Sequence record: NZ_CP072388.1
Origin: a plasmid
Length of the DNA: 64,000 nucleotides
Direction: 5' to 3' (one strand)
The notes under the pieces are model-generated. The model did no database searches. It worked only from the letters and a program-made list of their open reading frames with translations, and was not told the origin of the DNA. Below are positions 1-9,055 of this stretch, one piece after another (the first letter of the stretch is position 1; each line of letters begins with the position of its first letter). The translations under genes and the position numbers were made by a program.

Positions 1-2
1 CG

Positions 3-665
3 CGGCGCAGCGGGCTGACCCGAGCCGAGACGGTGCGTCACCCGTACTTCTGGCTGGTCGCCAGCGCCGTCGCGGTCTCCGGCATGCTGACCACCGCCGT
101 CTCCTTCCACCAGATCAGCCTGCTGACCTCGCGCGGCCTGTCGCCCACCCAGGCGGCGGCCAACTTCATCCCGCAGACCGTCGCCGGGCTCCTCGCGACC
201 CTCGCCACCGGCTACCTCATCGACCGGTTCGCGCCCCGCTGGATGACCGTGGGATCCATGGTGTCCCTCGCCCTGGCCCTGTGGTGGGGCACGCACGTCA
301 GCCCTGGCTGGTCCGCCGTGCTCTTCGGCGCCCTGCTGGGCATCGCCGGCAACATGATCCGCGCCGTCGAGGCCGCCACCTTGCCCCGCTACTTCGGCAC
401 CCGGCACATCGGAGCGATCCGCGGCCTGGTGGCCTCCATCAGTGTCGGCGGCACGGCCTGCGGCCCGCTGCTGTTCGCCGCCGTCTTCGACCACCTCGAC
501 AGCTACACCCCCGCCCTGCTCGTCACCGCGGCGATCCCTATCGCCATCGCGATCTGGGCCCTAGTTGCGCCCGAACCCGACCCGCGTCGGTGGCCCAGGC
601 GCCGGTGGCGTCCGTCACGTCCAGCCACTGAGAAGGCCCCCGAGCCAAACCTGCCCTCACGTTAG
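3..665 (+). CDS. MFS transporter, C-terminal portion (5' end outside window)
   Basis: The open frame continues upstream of the first ATG/GTG to position 3. Six hydrophobic TM-like segments (e.g. LVASAVAVSGMLTTAV, IPIAIAIWALVA) typical of the second half of an MFS protein. Confidence 0.55.
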   Translation, partial: RRSGLTRAETVRHPYFWLVASAVAVSGMLTTAVSFHQISLLTSRGLSPTQAAANFIPQTVAGLLATLATGYLIDRFAPRWMTVGSMVSLALALWWGTHVSPGWSAVLFGALLGIAGNMIRAVEAATLPRYFGTRHIGAIRGLVASISVGGTACGPLLFAAVFDHLDSYTPALLVTAAIPIAIAIWALVAPEPDPRRWPRRRWRPSRPATEKAPEPNLPSR

Positions 666-837
666 GGTAGAGTTATCGGCGGCTCGGTCCTTCCCTTCTT
701 CCCGCTTTCGGGAGGGCCGAAGCCATCCACTCTTCCCCGTGCGCAGCGTCGCGTGCCCTTGTCCTGTCCATCCCCGGACCCGGTCACGTGATCTGGTCCT
801 CGGGGCGTGCGCGCCCCTGACCTCGAAGGAACGCTGC

Positions 838-2391
838 GTGTCGAACGACGTCCGCGCCACCCTGCCCGATCCCGCCCCCACGCCTCAGCCCGTCACCGGT
901 GCGCCCGAGGCGGACGAGTCCTACTCCGTGCTCGCTGCCCTGAAGTCCCCGCGCCGCCTGAAGACCGAGGTGCTCGCCGGGCTCGTCGTCGCTCTCGCGC
1001 TCATCCCCGAGGCGATCGCGTTCTCGATCATCGCCGGCGTCGACCCCCGGATCGGCCTGTTCGCCTCCTTCACGATGGCGGTCTCGATCGCCTTCCTCGG
1101 CGGGCGTCCCGCGATGATCTCCGCCGCGACCGGAGCGATCGCGCTCGTCATCGCGCCCGTCGCGCGCGAGCACGGCGTCGACTACTTCATCGCCACCGTG
1201 ATCCTCGCGGGCGTCATCCAGGTCGCCCTCGGTCTGCTCGGTGTCGCGAAGATCATGCGGTTCATCCCGCGCTCGGTCATGGTCGGGTTCGTCAACGCTC
1301 TGGCGATTCTCATCTTCCTCTCGCAGGTCCCGCACCTGCAGGACGTGCCGTGGATGGTCTACCCGCTGGTCGCCGTCGGCATCGCGATCATGGTCCTCAT
1401 GCCTCGCTGGACGAAGGTCGTCCCGGCTCCGCTCGTCGCGATCGTGCTGCTGACCGCCGCGACGGTGACGGCGGCCATCAACGTCCCGACGGTGGGCGAC
1501 GAGGGCGAGCTGCCCGACTCGCTGCCCTCGCTGTTCTTCCCGAACGTGCCGCTGACCCTCGAGACGCTGCAGATCATCGCGCCGTTCGCGCTCGCCATGG
1601 CGCTGGTCGGGATCCTCGAGTCGCTGCTCACGGCCAAGCTCGTCGACGACGTGACCGACACGCACTCGAACAAGACGCGCGAGGCCTGGGGGCAGGGCGC
1701 CGCGAACGTCATCACCGGGTTCTTCGGCGGCATGGGCGGCTGCGCCATGATCGGCCAGACCATGATCAACGTGAAGGCCTCCGGTGCGCGCACGCGCATC
1801 TCGACGTTCCTCGCCGGGGTGTTCCTGCTGATCCTCGTCGTCGGGCTCGGCGACGTCGTCGCGATCATCCCCATGGCCGCGCTGGTGGCCGTGATGATCA
1901 TGGTCGCGATCGGCACCTTCGACTGGCACTCCGTGCAGTTCGGCACTCTCAAGCGGATGCCGAAGTCCGAGACCGCCGTCATGCTCGCCACCGTCATCGT
2001 GACGGTGTGGACGCACAACCTGGCGTACGGCGTGATCGTCGGCGTCCTGGTCGCGATGGTCCTCTTCGCCCGCCGCGTCGCGCACTTCACGACCGTCACC
2101 CGCCTGGACGCATCCGACGCGGACAACCAGCGCGTCTACGCGGTCGAGGGCGAGCTGTTCTTCGCCTCCTCCAACGACCTCGTCTACCAGTTCGACTACG
2201 CCGGCGACCCGAAGCAGATCGTGATCGACATGACCAAGGCCCACGTCTGGGACGCCTCCACCGTCGCGACCCTCGACGCGATCCGCACGAAGTACGCGGC
2301 CAAGGGCAAGACCGTCACCATCGTCGGCGCCAACCCCGACACCACCGAACGCCTCGACCGGCTCGCCGGCAAGCTCGGCGCCGGACACTGA
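838..2391 (+). CDS. SulP-family anion (sulfate/bicarbonate) transporter with C-terminal STAS domain
   Basis: GTG start preceded by AAGGAA. Motifs LAGLVVALALIPEAIAFSIIAGV (SulP signature region). C-terminal STAS-like YAVEGELFFASSNDL...IVIDMTKAHVWDASTVATLD. The first 91 codons of the tracked ORF (565..) are a low-complexity extension and are not included. Confidence 0.85.
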   Translation: MSNDVRATLPDPAPTPQPVTGAPEADESYSVLAALKSPRRLKTEVLAGLVVALALIPEAIAFSIIAGVDPRIGLFASFTMAVSIAFLGGRPAMISAATGAIALVIAPVAREHGVDYFIATVILAGVIQVALGLLGVAKIMRFIPRSVMVGFVNALAILIFLSQVPHLQDVPWMVYPLVAVGIAIMVLMPRWTKVVPAPLVAIVLLTAATVTAAINVPTVGDEGELPDSLPSLFFPNVPLTLETLQIIAPFALAMALVGILESLLTAKLVDDVTDTHSNKTREAWGQGAANVITGFFGGMGGCAMIGQTMINVKASGARTRISTFLAGVFLLILVVGLGDVVAIIPMAALVAVMIMVAIGTFDWHSVQFGTLKRMPKSETAVMLATVIVTVWTHNLAYGVIVGVLVAMVLFARRVAHFTTVTRLDASDADNQRVYAVEGELFFASSNDLVYQFDYAGDPKQIVIDMTKAHVWDASTVATLDAIRTKYAAKGKTVTIVGANPDTTERLDRLAGKLGAGH

Positions 2392-2422
2392 GACGTTCTC
2401 GAACTCCCTGTGGAGGACTGAC

Positions 2423-2692
2423 ATGCACTGCTACGACTGCACCCAGATGAGCCTGGACACCCCCGCCGTCGCAACCTGCTCCAGCTGCGGCGCCGCAACG
2501 TGCGGCCCCCATACGCTGGAGTCCGCAACTACGCAGACCGTCACTACGATGGGAAACCCCACGGCGCGTACCGTCAGGACGTTGACCTGCACGAGCTGCG
2601 CGCCGCGCGAGGCCACCTCGACCATCCACCGCGCCAGCGGGCGCGCGCACGCCGGACTCCACGAGCACGTCACCGTCGCTCGCACACACTGA
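2423..2692 (+). CDS. small Cys-rich zinc-ribbon protein (DUF2180-like)
   Basis: GGAGGA 5 nt upstream of ATG. MHCYDC...CSSCGAATCGPH...CTSCAPRE gives CxxC pairs. A paralog sits at 17399. Confidence 0.5.
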   Translation: MHCYDCTQMSLDTPAVATCSSCGAATCGPHTLESATTQTVTTMGNPTARTVRTLTCTSCAPREATSTIHRASGRAHAGLHEHVTVARTH

Positions 2693-2811
2693 CCCACCAG
2701 TGGCCCGGGAGAATGCGTGCCGGGCCGCGGGTCAGCCGACGATCCCCGGTTCGTCGTGGTGACGTCCCGCGCCACGACGAACCGGCCCACACCACCTGAG
2801 CGGGGAACACC

Positions 2812-4497
2812 ATGCACACCGCACCACGAGACCTGAAGCAACCAGCCGCCCCCGCGCCCGCAGCCCTGCGCATCACACCGCTGGGTGGCGTGGGGGAGAT
2901 CGGCCGGAACATGACGGTCTTCGAGCTCGACGGGCGCCTGCTCGTCATCGACTGCGGCGTGCTGTTCCCCGAGGAGCACCAGCCCGGCATCGACGTCATC
3001 CTCCCCGACTTCGCGAGCCTGGAGAACCGGCTCGACGACATCGAGGCCATCGTGCTCACCCACGGGCACGAGGACCACATCGGCGGGGTGCCCTACCTCC
3101 TGCGCCAGCGCCCGGACATCCCCGTCATCGGGTCCGAGCTGACGCTCGCCTTCGTCGCGGCCAAGCTGACCGAGCACCGCATCGACCCCGTGCTCACCCG
3201 CGTCGAGGCGGGCGACCGGCACACCGCCGGCCCCTTCGCCCTCGAGTTCATCGCGGTCAACCACTCGATCCCCGACGGGCTCGCCGTCGCGATCCGCACA
3301 CCCGCCGGGCTCGTGCTCCACACCGGCGACTTCCGCATGGACCAGTTCCCGCTCGACGGGCGCCTGACCGACCTGCGCGCGTTCGGCCGGCTCGGCGACG
3401 AAGGCGTGGACCTGCTGCTCGTGGACTCCACCAACGCCGAGGTCCCCGGCTTCACGATCTCCGAGGCCGAGCTCACGCCGGCGATCGACCAGGTCTTCAC
3501 CACCACGCCCGGGCGCGTCATCGTGTCCAGCTTCGCCAGCCACGTCCACCGCATCCAGCAGGTCCTGAACGCCTCGCACGCCCACGGACGCAAGGTCGCG
3601 TTCGTCGGCCGGTCCATGGTGCGCAACATGCGCATCGCGCGCGAGCTCGGCTACCTCGACGTCCCGCGCGGGCTCGTCGTCGACTACACCAAGACCCGCG
3701 GCATGGCACCGGAGAAGGTCACGCTCGTGTGCACCGGGTCTCAGGGCGAACCCCTGGCCGCGCTGGCCCGCATGGCGAACGAGTCCCACGAGGTCCGCGT
3801 CAGCGAGGGCGACACCGTCCTGCTCGCCAGCTCCCTCATCCCCGGCAACGAGAACGCCATCTACGGCATCATCAACAAGCTCACCGACCTCGGCGCCAAC
3901 GTCGTCCACAAGGGCAACGCCCGCGTGCACGTCTCCGGCCACGCCAGCGCCGGCGAGCTCGTCTACTGCTACAACATCCTGCGCCCCCGCAACGTCATGC
4001 CCGTGCACGGCGAACCCAAGCACCTGCGCGCCAACGGCGCCCTCGCCGAACGCACCGGCGTCGACCCCGACCACGTCCTGATCACCCGCGACGGCGTCGC
4101 CGTCGACCTCCTCGACGGCGTCGCCCGCATCGCCGGGCAGGTCCAGGCCGACCTCGTCTACGTCGACGGGCAGACCATCGGCCATGCCACCGAGGACACC
4201 CTGGCGGAGCGCCGCCAGCTCGCGGCAGCGGGCGTCGTCACCGTCCTCGCGCTCCTGCAGCCCGGCACGACCGAGCTCGCCGAACCGCTCGAGTACCTGC
4301 ACCGCGGCTCGGTGCACAGCCAGGACAGCCTCGACAAGGCCACCCGCGCCGTGCGCAAGGCACTCTCCGACGCCGCACACCGTAACCAGACCTCCGGCGA
4401 AGAGCTCGAAGAGCTCATCGCCACCACGGTCGCACGCTCCCTCGGCCGCGACGCCCGACGCGACCCCGTCGTCATCGCCTACGCCCTCGACGCCTAG
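2812..4497 (+). CDS. rnj: ribonuclease J (metallo-beta-lactamase/beta-CASP RNase)
   Basis: ITPLGGVGEIGRNMTVFE, HGHEDHIGGVPYLL (HxHxDH), GDFRMD and LLLVDSTNAE motifs. Full-length 561 aa. Confidence 0.9.
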   Translation: MHTAPRDLKQPAAPAPAALRITPLGGVGEIGRNMTVFELDGRLLVIDCGVLFPEEHQPGIDVILPDFASLENRLDDIEAIVLTHGHEDHIGGVPYLLRQRPDIPVIGSELTLAFVAAKLTEHRIDPVLTRVEAGDRHTAGPFALEFIAVNHSIPDGLAVAIRTPAGLVLHTGDFRMDQFPLDGRLTDLRAFGRLGDEGVDLLLVDSTNAEVPGFTISEAELTPAIDQVFTTTPGRVIVSSFASHVHRIQQVLNASHAHGRKVAFVGRSMVRNMRIARELGYLDVPRGLVVDYTKTRGMAPEKVTLVCTGSQGEPLAALARMANESHEVRVSEGDTVLLASSLIPGNENAIYGIINKLTDLGANVVHKGNARVHVSGHASAGELVYCYNILRPRNVMPVHGEPKHLRANGALAERTGVDPDHVLITRDGVAVDLLDGVARIAGQVQADLVYVDGQTIGHATEDTLAERRQLAAAGVVTVLALLQPGTTELAEPLEYLHRGSVHSQDSLDKATRAVRKALSDAAHRNQTSGEELEELIATTVARSLGRDARRDPVVIAYALDA

Positions 4498-4563
4498 ACG
4501 CAGACCCCCGCGACGAGCCGAGCGAACTCCCGACGGACCCTGCGCAGCTCGAGTTACAACCTC

Positions 4564-4935
4564 TCAGCCACCGGTGGTCTCCGTGAGCGAGGTTGCCAGC
4601 TGGCTGAGCGCGCCGGGGACCAGGGAGTAGTAGGCCCATCGGCCGCGTTGCTCGCGGTGGAGCAGGCCGGCGTCGACGAGGATCTTCAGGTGGTGGCTGA
4701 CGGTCGGCTGGGCGAGGCCGATCGGCTCGGTGAGGTCGCACACGCACGCCTCGCCGCCGTCGTGCGCGGCGACGATCGACAGCAGCTGCACGCGCGTCGG
4801 GTCGCCGAGCGCCTTGAAGATGCGGGCGAGGTCGCGCGCGGTCTCGGGGTCCGCGGCGTCGCGCACGAGCGGCGCGCAGCATCCGCCTGCCGCGGGAGCG
4901 TCCGGTGCCTCGAGGGTGAGCGCGGTGGTGGTCAT
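4564..4935 (-). CDS. arsR: ArsR/SmtB-family metalloid-responsive repressor
   Basis: HTH LGDPTRVQLLSIV...QPTVSHHLKIL. Carries both an N-terminal GGCC pair and an ACVCDL motif, i.e. Cys positions of both described As(III)-binding ArsR types. Confidence 0.85.
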   Translation of the reverse strand: MTTTALTLEAPDAPAAGGCCAPLVRDAADPETARDLARIFKALGDPTRVQLLSIVAAHDGGEACVCDLTEPIGLAQPTVSHHLKILVDAGLLHREQRGRWAYYSLVPGALSQLATSLTETTGG

Positions 4936-4952
4936 GCCCTCATCTTGCCATG

Positions 4953-5009
4953 TATCGAAGTTTGTAGATACGTTGGCGTCCTATTTGTTGATCGAAGTTC
5001 GTCGATGCG
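4953..5009. promoter_or_regulatory. divergent arsR / oxidoreductase promoter with two ~20-bp direct repeats (candidate ArsR operators)
   Basis: TATCGAAGTTTGTAGATACG (4953-4972) and GATCGAAGTTCGTCGATGCG (4990-5009). The second contains the palindrome CGAA-G-TTCG. AT-richer than surroundings. Confidence 0.3.
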
Positions 5010-5020
5010 AGGAGAGTGCG

Positions 5021-6436
5021 ATGAGCGTTGAGCGTGCGGACCTGCCGGTCGTGGTGATCGGTGCGGGCCCGGTGGGGCTGGCCGCGGCGGCGCACCTGCT
5101 GGAGCGCGGTCTGGAGCCGCTGGTCCTCGAGGCGGGTGACGGCCCGGGTGCGGCGATCGCGTCGTGGGGTCATGTGCGGTTGTTCTCCCCGTGGCGGTAC
5201 GACGTCGACGCCGCAGCCCGGCGCCTGCTGGACCCGACGGGGTGGGTCGAGCCGGACCCCGACACCCTGCCGACCGGTGGGGAGCTCGTCGGGCGCTACC
5301 TGGTCCCGCTCGCCGCGACGCCGCAGATCTCCGCGCGCCTGCGCACCGGGACGCGGGTCCTGGCGGTCGCGCGCGACGGCGCGGACAAGACGCGTTCCCT
5401 CGGGCGCGAGCGGCAGGGCTACCGGGTCCGCACCGTCGGCCCGGACGGGCAGGTTCAGGACGTGCTGGCGCGCGCGGTGATCGACGCGTCAGGCACGTTC
5501 TCGACGTCGAACCCGCTGGGTGTCTCCGGTCTCCCGGCGGCGGGCGAGACGGGGGCCGCAGGGTATGTCACCGGACCGCTTCCGGACGTCCTCGGGTCGC
5601 AGCGCGACCGGTTCGCCGGCCGGGACACGCTCGTCGTCGGGATGGGGCACTCCGCGGCGAACACGCTGCTGGCCCTCGTCGAGCTCTCCGAGGCCGAGCC
5701 GGGCACCACGATCACCTGGGCGATCCGCGGCGGGTCCGCGCGGCGCCTGTTCGGCGGCGGCTCCGACGACGAGCTTCCCGCCCGCGGGCTGCTCGGCACG
5801 CGCCTGCGGGCCGCCGTGGAGGCTGGGCGCCTGACCCTGCTCACCCGGGTCTCGATCGAGCGCCTCGTCCCGGGCGGGGACACCGTGCAGGTGCTGGGGA
5901 CCGCCCGTGACGGGGCGCTGAACCTCGACGTCCACCAGATCGTCAACGCGACCGGGTTCCGCCCGGACCTCGACATGCTGCGCGAGGTGCGCCTGGACCT
6001 GGACCCGGTCGTGGAGGCGCCCACGGCGCTGGCCCCGCTCATCGACCCGAACCAGCACTCGTGCGGCACGGTGCCCCCGCACGGGGAGCAGGTGCTGTCC
6101 CACCCGGACGACGGGTTCTACCTCGCGGGCATGAAGTCCTACGGCCGCGCGCCGACGTTCCTGCTCGCCACGGGGTATGAGCAGGTGCGCTCGATCGCCG
6201 CAGCGCTGGCCGGGGACCGGACCGCGGCCGACGCGGTCGAGCTGAACCTGCCCGCGACCGGCGTCTGCTCGACCGATCTGGCCCTGGAGGCCGACGGCGC
6301 GAGCGCGGGCGGGTCGTGCTGCGGAACCGCGCCGGCCGAGCCGCAGCTGGTCACCCTCGGTGTCGGGGCGCCGGCCGGTGTCGGGTTCGCGACCGGCGTC
6401 GTGCACGGCCGGTCGGGCGACGGCCAGGACGCGTGA
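5021..6436 (+). CDS. FAD/NAD(P)-binding oxidoreductase (ars-island associated)
   Basis: GGAGAG RBS. Rossmann motif VVVIGAGPVGLAAAAHLLERGLEPLVLE and a second dinucleotide motif LVVGMGHSAANTL. Cys-rich C-terminus GGSCCG. Confidence 0.75.
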   Translation: MSVERADLPVVVIGAGPVGLAAAAHLLERGLEPLVLEAGDGPGAAIASWGHVRLFSPWRYDVDAAARRLLDPTGWVEPDPDTLPTGGELVGRYLVPLAATPQISARLRTGTRVLAVARDGADKTRSLGRERQGYRVRTVGPDGQVQDVLARAVIDASGTFSTSNPLGVSGLPAAGETGAAGYVTGPLPDVLGSQRDRFAGRDTLVVGMGHSAANTLLALVELSEAEPGTTITWAIRGGSARRLFGGGSDDELPARGLLGTRLRAAVEAGRLTLLTRVSIERLVPGGDTVQVLGTARDGALNLDVHQIVNATGFRPDLDMLREVRLDLDPVVEAPTALAPLIDPNQHSCGTVPPHGEQVLSHPDDGFYLAGMKSYGRAPTFLLATGYEQVRSIAAALAGDRTAADAVELNLPATGVCSTDLALEADGASAGGSCCGTAPAEPQLVTLGVGAPAGVGFATGVVHGRSGDGQDA

Positions 6437-6939
6437 GTCTGACCCTGCGGATCGCGACCCCCGCCGACATGGCGGGGGTCGCGCGCATCTACGACCACTA
6501 CGTGACGACGTCGACCGCGACGTTCGAGCTCACCCCACCGGGCGAGACCGTGTGGGCGGACAAGCTCGTGGCCCTGCAGGGTGCGGGCTGGCCGTTCCTG
6601 GTCGCCGACCTCGACGGCGCCGTGTCCGGGTTCGCCTACGTGGGCCCGTGGCGCCCGCGCCCGGCCTACGCCCACACGGTCGAGGACACGATCTACCTCG
6701 ACCTCGCAGCGACCGGGCGCGGGATCGGGACCCGGCTGCTCGACCAGGTGCTCACCGACGCCGCAGCGGCCGGCGCACGAGAGGTGATCGCGGTCATCGC
6801 CGACGGCGACACCGCCGCATCACTCGCCCTGCACCGTCGCGCCGGGTTCACCGACGCCGGGCGCCTGGAACGCGTGGGCCGCAAGTTCGACCGGTGGCTG
6901 GGCACGACCCTGCTGCAGAAGTCCCTGCCCCTCCCGTAA
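6433..6939 (+). CDS. GNAT N-acetyltransferase of the phosphinothricin-acetyltransferase family (ArsN1-like)
   Basis: GTG start overlaps the upstream stop. IYDHYVTTSTATFEL...GFAYVGPWRPRPAYAHTVE...GRGIGTRLL matches PAT/Bar-family signature regions. Confidence 0.75.
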   Translation: MSLTLRIATPADMAGVARIYDHYVTTSTATFELTPPGETVWADKLVALQGAGWPFLVADLDGAVSGFAYVGPWRPRPAYAHTVEDTIYLDLAATGRGIGTRLLDQVLTDAAAAGAREVIAVIADGDTAASLALHRRAGFTDAGRLERVGRKFDRWLGTTLLQKSLPLP

Positions 6940-6961
6940 CCGCCCTGCGGGCACGGCAAAC

Positions 6962-7033
6962 ATAGATCGTGCTCTATCTGTCATCCGGGCTTCCGACCTC
7001 GTTCACCACACGTTCACATAGACCGCGTTCTAT
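6962..7033. promoter_or_regulatory. pstS promoter region: PHO-box-like 11-nt direct repeats plus two copies of palindrome ATAGA-N6-TCTAT
   Basis: GTTCACCACAC/GTTCACATAGA at 7001-7022 (two GTTCAC units 11 nt apart). ATAGATCGTGCTCTAT (6962-6977) and ATAGACCGCGTTCTAT (7018-7033). Confidence 0.4.
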
Positions 7034-7085
7034 CGATCGTGTTGGTGGATGCGGGCGGGCGAAGGTCCCGCCCCGACGAGACGGG

Positions 7086-8069
7086 ATGACTTACGTGTTC
7101 AGACTTCCGCAGCGCACCGCTGTCGTGATCGGCGCGACGGGGCTGGTGCTCACGCTCGCCGCGTGTGGTGGCCAGAGCCAGGGAGCGACCGGCGATGGCG
7201 AGACATCGGGTGGCGGGCTCAGCGGGGAGGTCGTCATCGACGGCTCCTCGACGGTCGAGCCGCTGAGCTCGGCGGCGGCCACGTTGTTCCGCGACGAGGA
7301 GCCGGGTATCAACGTCACGGTCGCCACGTCGGGCACCGGTGGCGGGTTCGAGCGGTTCTGCGCCGGGGAGACCGACATCTCCGACGCCTCGCGTCCGATC
7401 AAGGACGAGGAGATCGCGGCGTGCGAGGACAACGGTGTGGAATTCACCGAGATCGTCATCGCCAACGACGGCCTGTCGGTGGTGGTGAACCCGGAGAACG
7501 ACTGGCTGGAGTGCATCACGACCGAGCAGCTCGCGACCATCTGGGGCCCAGACTCCGAGGGCACGGTGACCTCCTGGAGCCAGGTCGACCCGGAGTTCCC
7601 GGACGAGGCGCTCGCGCTGTACGGGGCGGGCACGGACTCGGGCACGTTCGACTACTTCACCGAGGCGATCAACGGCGAGGAGGGCGCGATCCGCACGGAC
7701 TACACCCCGTCGGAGGACGACAACCTCACGGTGCAGGGCGTCTCTGGCGCGGTCGGCGCGATGGGGTTCTTCGGCCTGAGCTACGCCGAGGAGAACGCCG
7801 ACTCGATCAAGCTCCTCGCCGTGGACAACGGTGACGGGTGCGTCGTCCCGTCCAAGGAGACGGTGCAGGACGGCACGTACTCGCCGCTGGGCCGCCCGCT
7901 GTTCATCTACGTCAACAACGCGAAGTACGCCGAGAACGAGGCGCTGCGTTCGTTCGTCGACTTCTACCTCGCCAACGAGGAGGAGATCGCCGCGGACGCG
8001 CTGTTCATCGACCTGACGGACGAGCAGCAGCAGACCGCGGCGGACGAGCTCGCGAGCCTGGTCGGCTGA
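7086..8069 (+). CDS. pstS: phosphate ABC transporter substrate-binding lipoprotein
   Basis: Signal peptide plus lipobox LTLAAC. VIDGSSTVEPL, TSGTGGGFERFC and LSYAEEN motifs of PstS. Confidence 0.9.
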   Translation: MTYVFRLPQRTAVVIGATGLVLTLAACGGQSQGATGDGETSGGGLSGEVVIDGSSTVEPLSSAAATLFRDEEPGINVTVATSGTGGGFERFCAGETDISDASRPIKDEEIAACEDNGVEFTEIVIANDGLSVVVNPENDWLECITTEQLATIWGPDSEGTVTSWSQVDPEFPDEALALYGAGTDSGTFDYFTEAINGEEGAIRTDYTPSEDDNLTVQGVSGAVGAMGFFGLSYAEENADSIKLLAVDNGDGCVVPSKETVQDGTYSPLGRPLFIYVNNAKYAENEALRSFVDFYLANEEEIAADALFIDLTDEQQQTAADELASLVG

Positions 8070-8080
8070 CCGGCGCCTCG

Positions 8081-9055
8081 ATGAGCACCCCTCGTTCCAC
8101 GGTGGCCGGTCCGGTGCGTGCGCCGGGCCGGCCACCGGCCCTGACCGAGCACGGCCCGGCCATCACCCGCCGGCGCGCGCGCCGCGGTGAGGCGCTGGTG
8201 CGCCTCCTGCTGCGCCTGGCGGCCTGGTTGTCGATCCTGATCACGGTCGGCATCGTGATCTCGCTGCTGACACCCGCACTGCAGTTCTTCGCCGAGGTCT
8301 CCGTCGTGGAGTTCCTCACCGGGACTCGCTGGGCGCCGCAGTTCGCCGACCCGACCTTCGGGGTCCTGCCCCTGGTCACGGCCACGGCCTGGACGACGCT
8401 GATCGCGCTGGCGGTGGCGGTCCCGTTCGGGCTGGGCGCGGCGATCTACCTTGCCGAGTACGCGCGCCCCCGCGCCCGCAAGATCCTCAAGCCGATCCTC
8501 GAGCTGCTGGCCGGCGTGCCGACCGTGGTGTTCGGCTTCTTCGCCCTGTCGTTCGTCGCCCCGACGGTGCTGCGGGACTGGCTGAGCATCGAGGTCGGCA
8601 CGTTCTCGATCCTGGCCGCCGGGCTGGTCATGGGCGTGATGATCATCCCGACCGTCGCCTCCCTGTCCGAGGACGCCATGTCCGCGGTGCCCGCCGCACT
8701 GCGCCAGGGCTCGGCCGCGCTGGGCGCCAACCGGATGCAGACCTCGCTGCGCGTGGTCTTCCCCGCGGCGCTGTCCGGGATCGTCGCCGCGGTGGTGCTC
8801 GGCATCTCCCGTGCGATCGGGGAGACGATGATTGTCGCGATCGCTGCCGGCGCCCGGCCTCAGATGGTCACCGACCCGACCATGGAGGGCGCCACCATGA
8901 CCGGGTTCATCGCCCGCATGGCCCTGGGCGACGCCCGGGTCGGGTCGCTGGAGTACAACACCCTCTTCGCCGTGGGCCTGCTGCTGTTCGCCCTGACCCT
9001 CGTGGTCAACGCGATCAGCATCCAGCTCGTGCGCCGCTTCCGCCAGGAGTACTGA
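8081..9055 (+). CDS. pstC: phosphate ABC transporter permease
   Basis: Six TM segments. EYARPRARKILKPILELLAGVPTVVFGFFAL matches the PstC EAA-loop region. Confidence 0.9.
   Translation: MSTPRSTVAGPVRAPGRPPALTEHGPAITRRRARRGEALVRLLLRLAAWLSILITVGIVISLLTPALQFFAEVSVVEFLTGTRWAPQFADPTFGVLPLVTATAWTTLIALAVAVPFGLGAAIYLAEYARPRARKILKPILELLAGVPTVVFGFFALSFVAPTVLRDWLSIEVGTFSILAAGLVMGVMIIPTVASLSEDAMSAVPAALRQGSAALGANRMQTSLRVVFPAALSGIVAAVVLGISRAIGETMIVAIAAGARPQMVTDPTMEGATMTGFIARMALGDARVGSLEYNTLFAVGLLLFALTLVVNAISIQLVRRFRQEY

Noticed and set aside
784-4380. Long ORFs antisense to, or frame-shifted over, the SulP and RNase J genes (784..2424 -, 807..2450 +, 2431..4380 -)
   Set aside because: Arg/Gly/Asp/His-rich low-complexity translations typical of non-coding frames in 70% GC DNA. 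They fully overlap genes that have clear family motifs.
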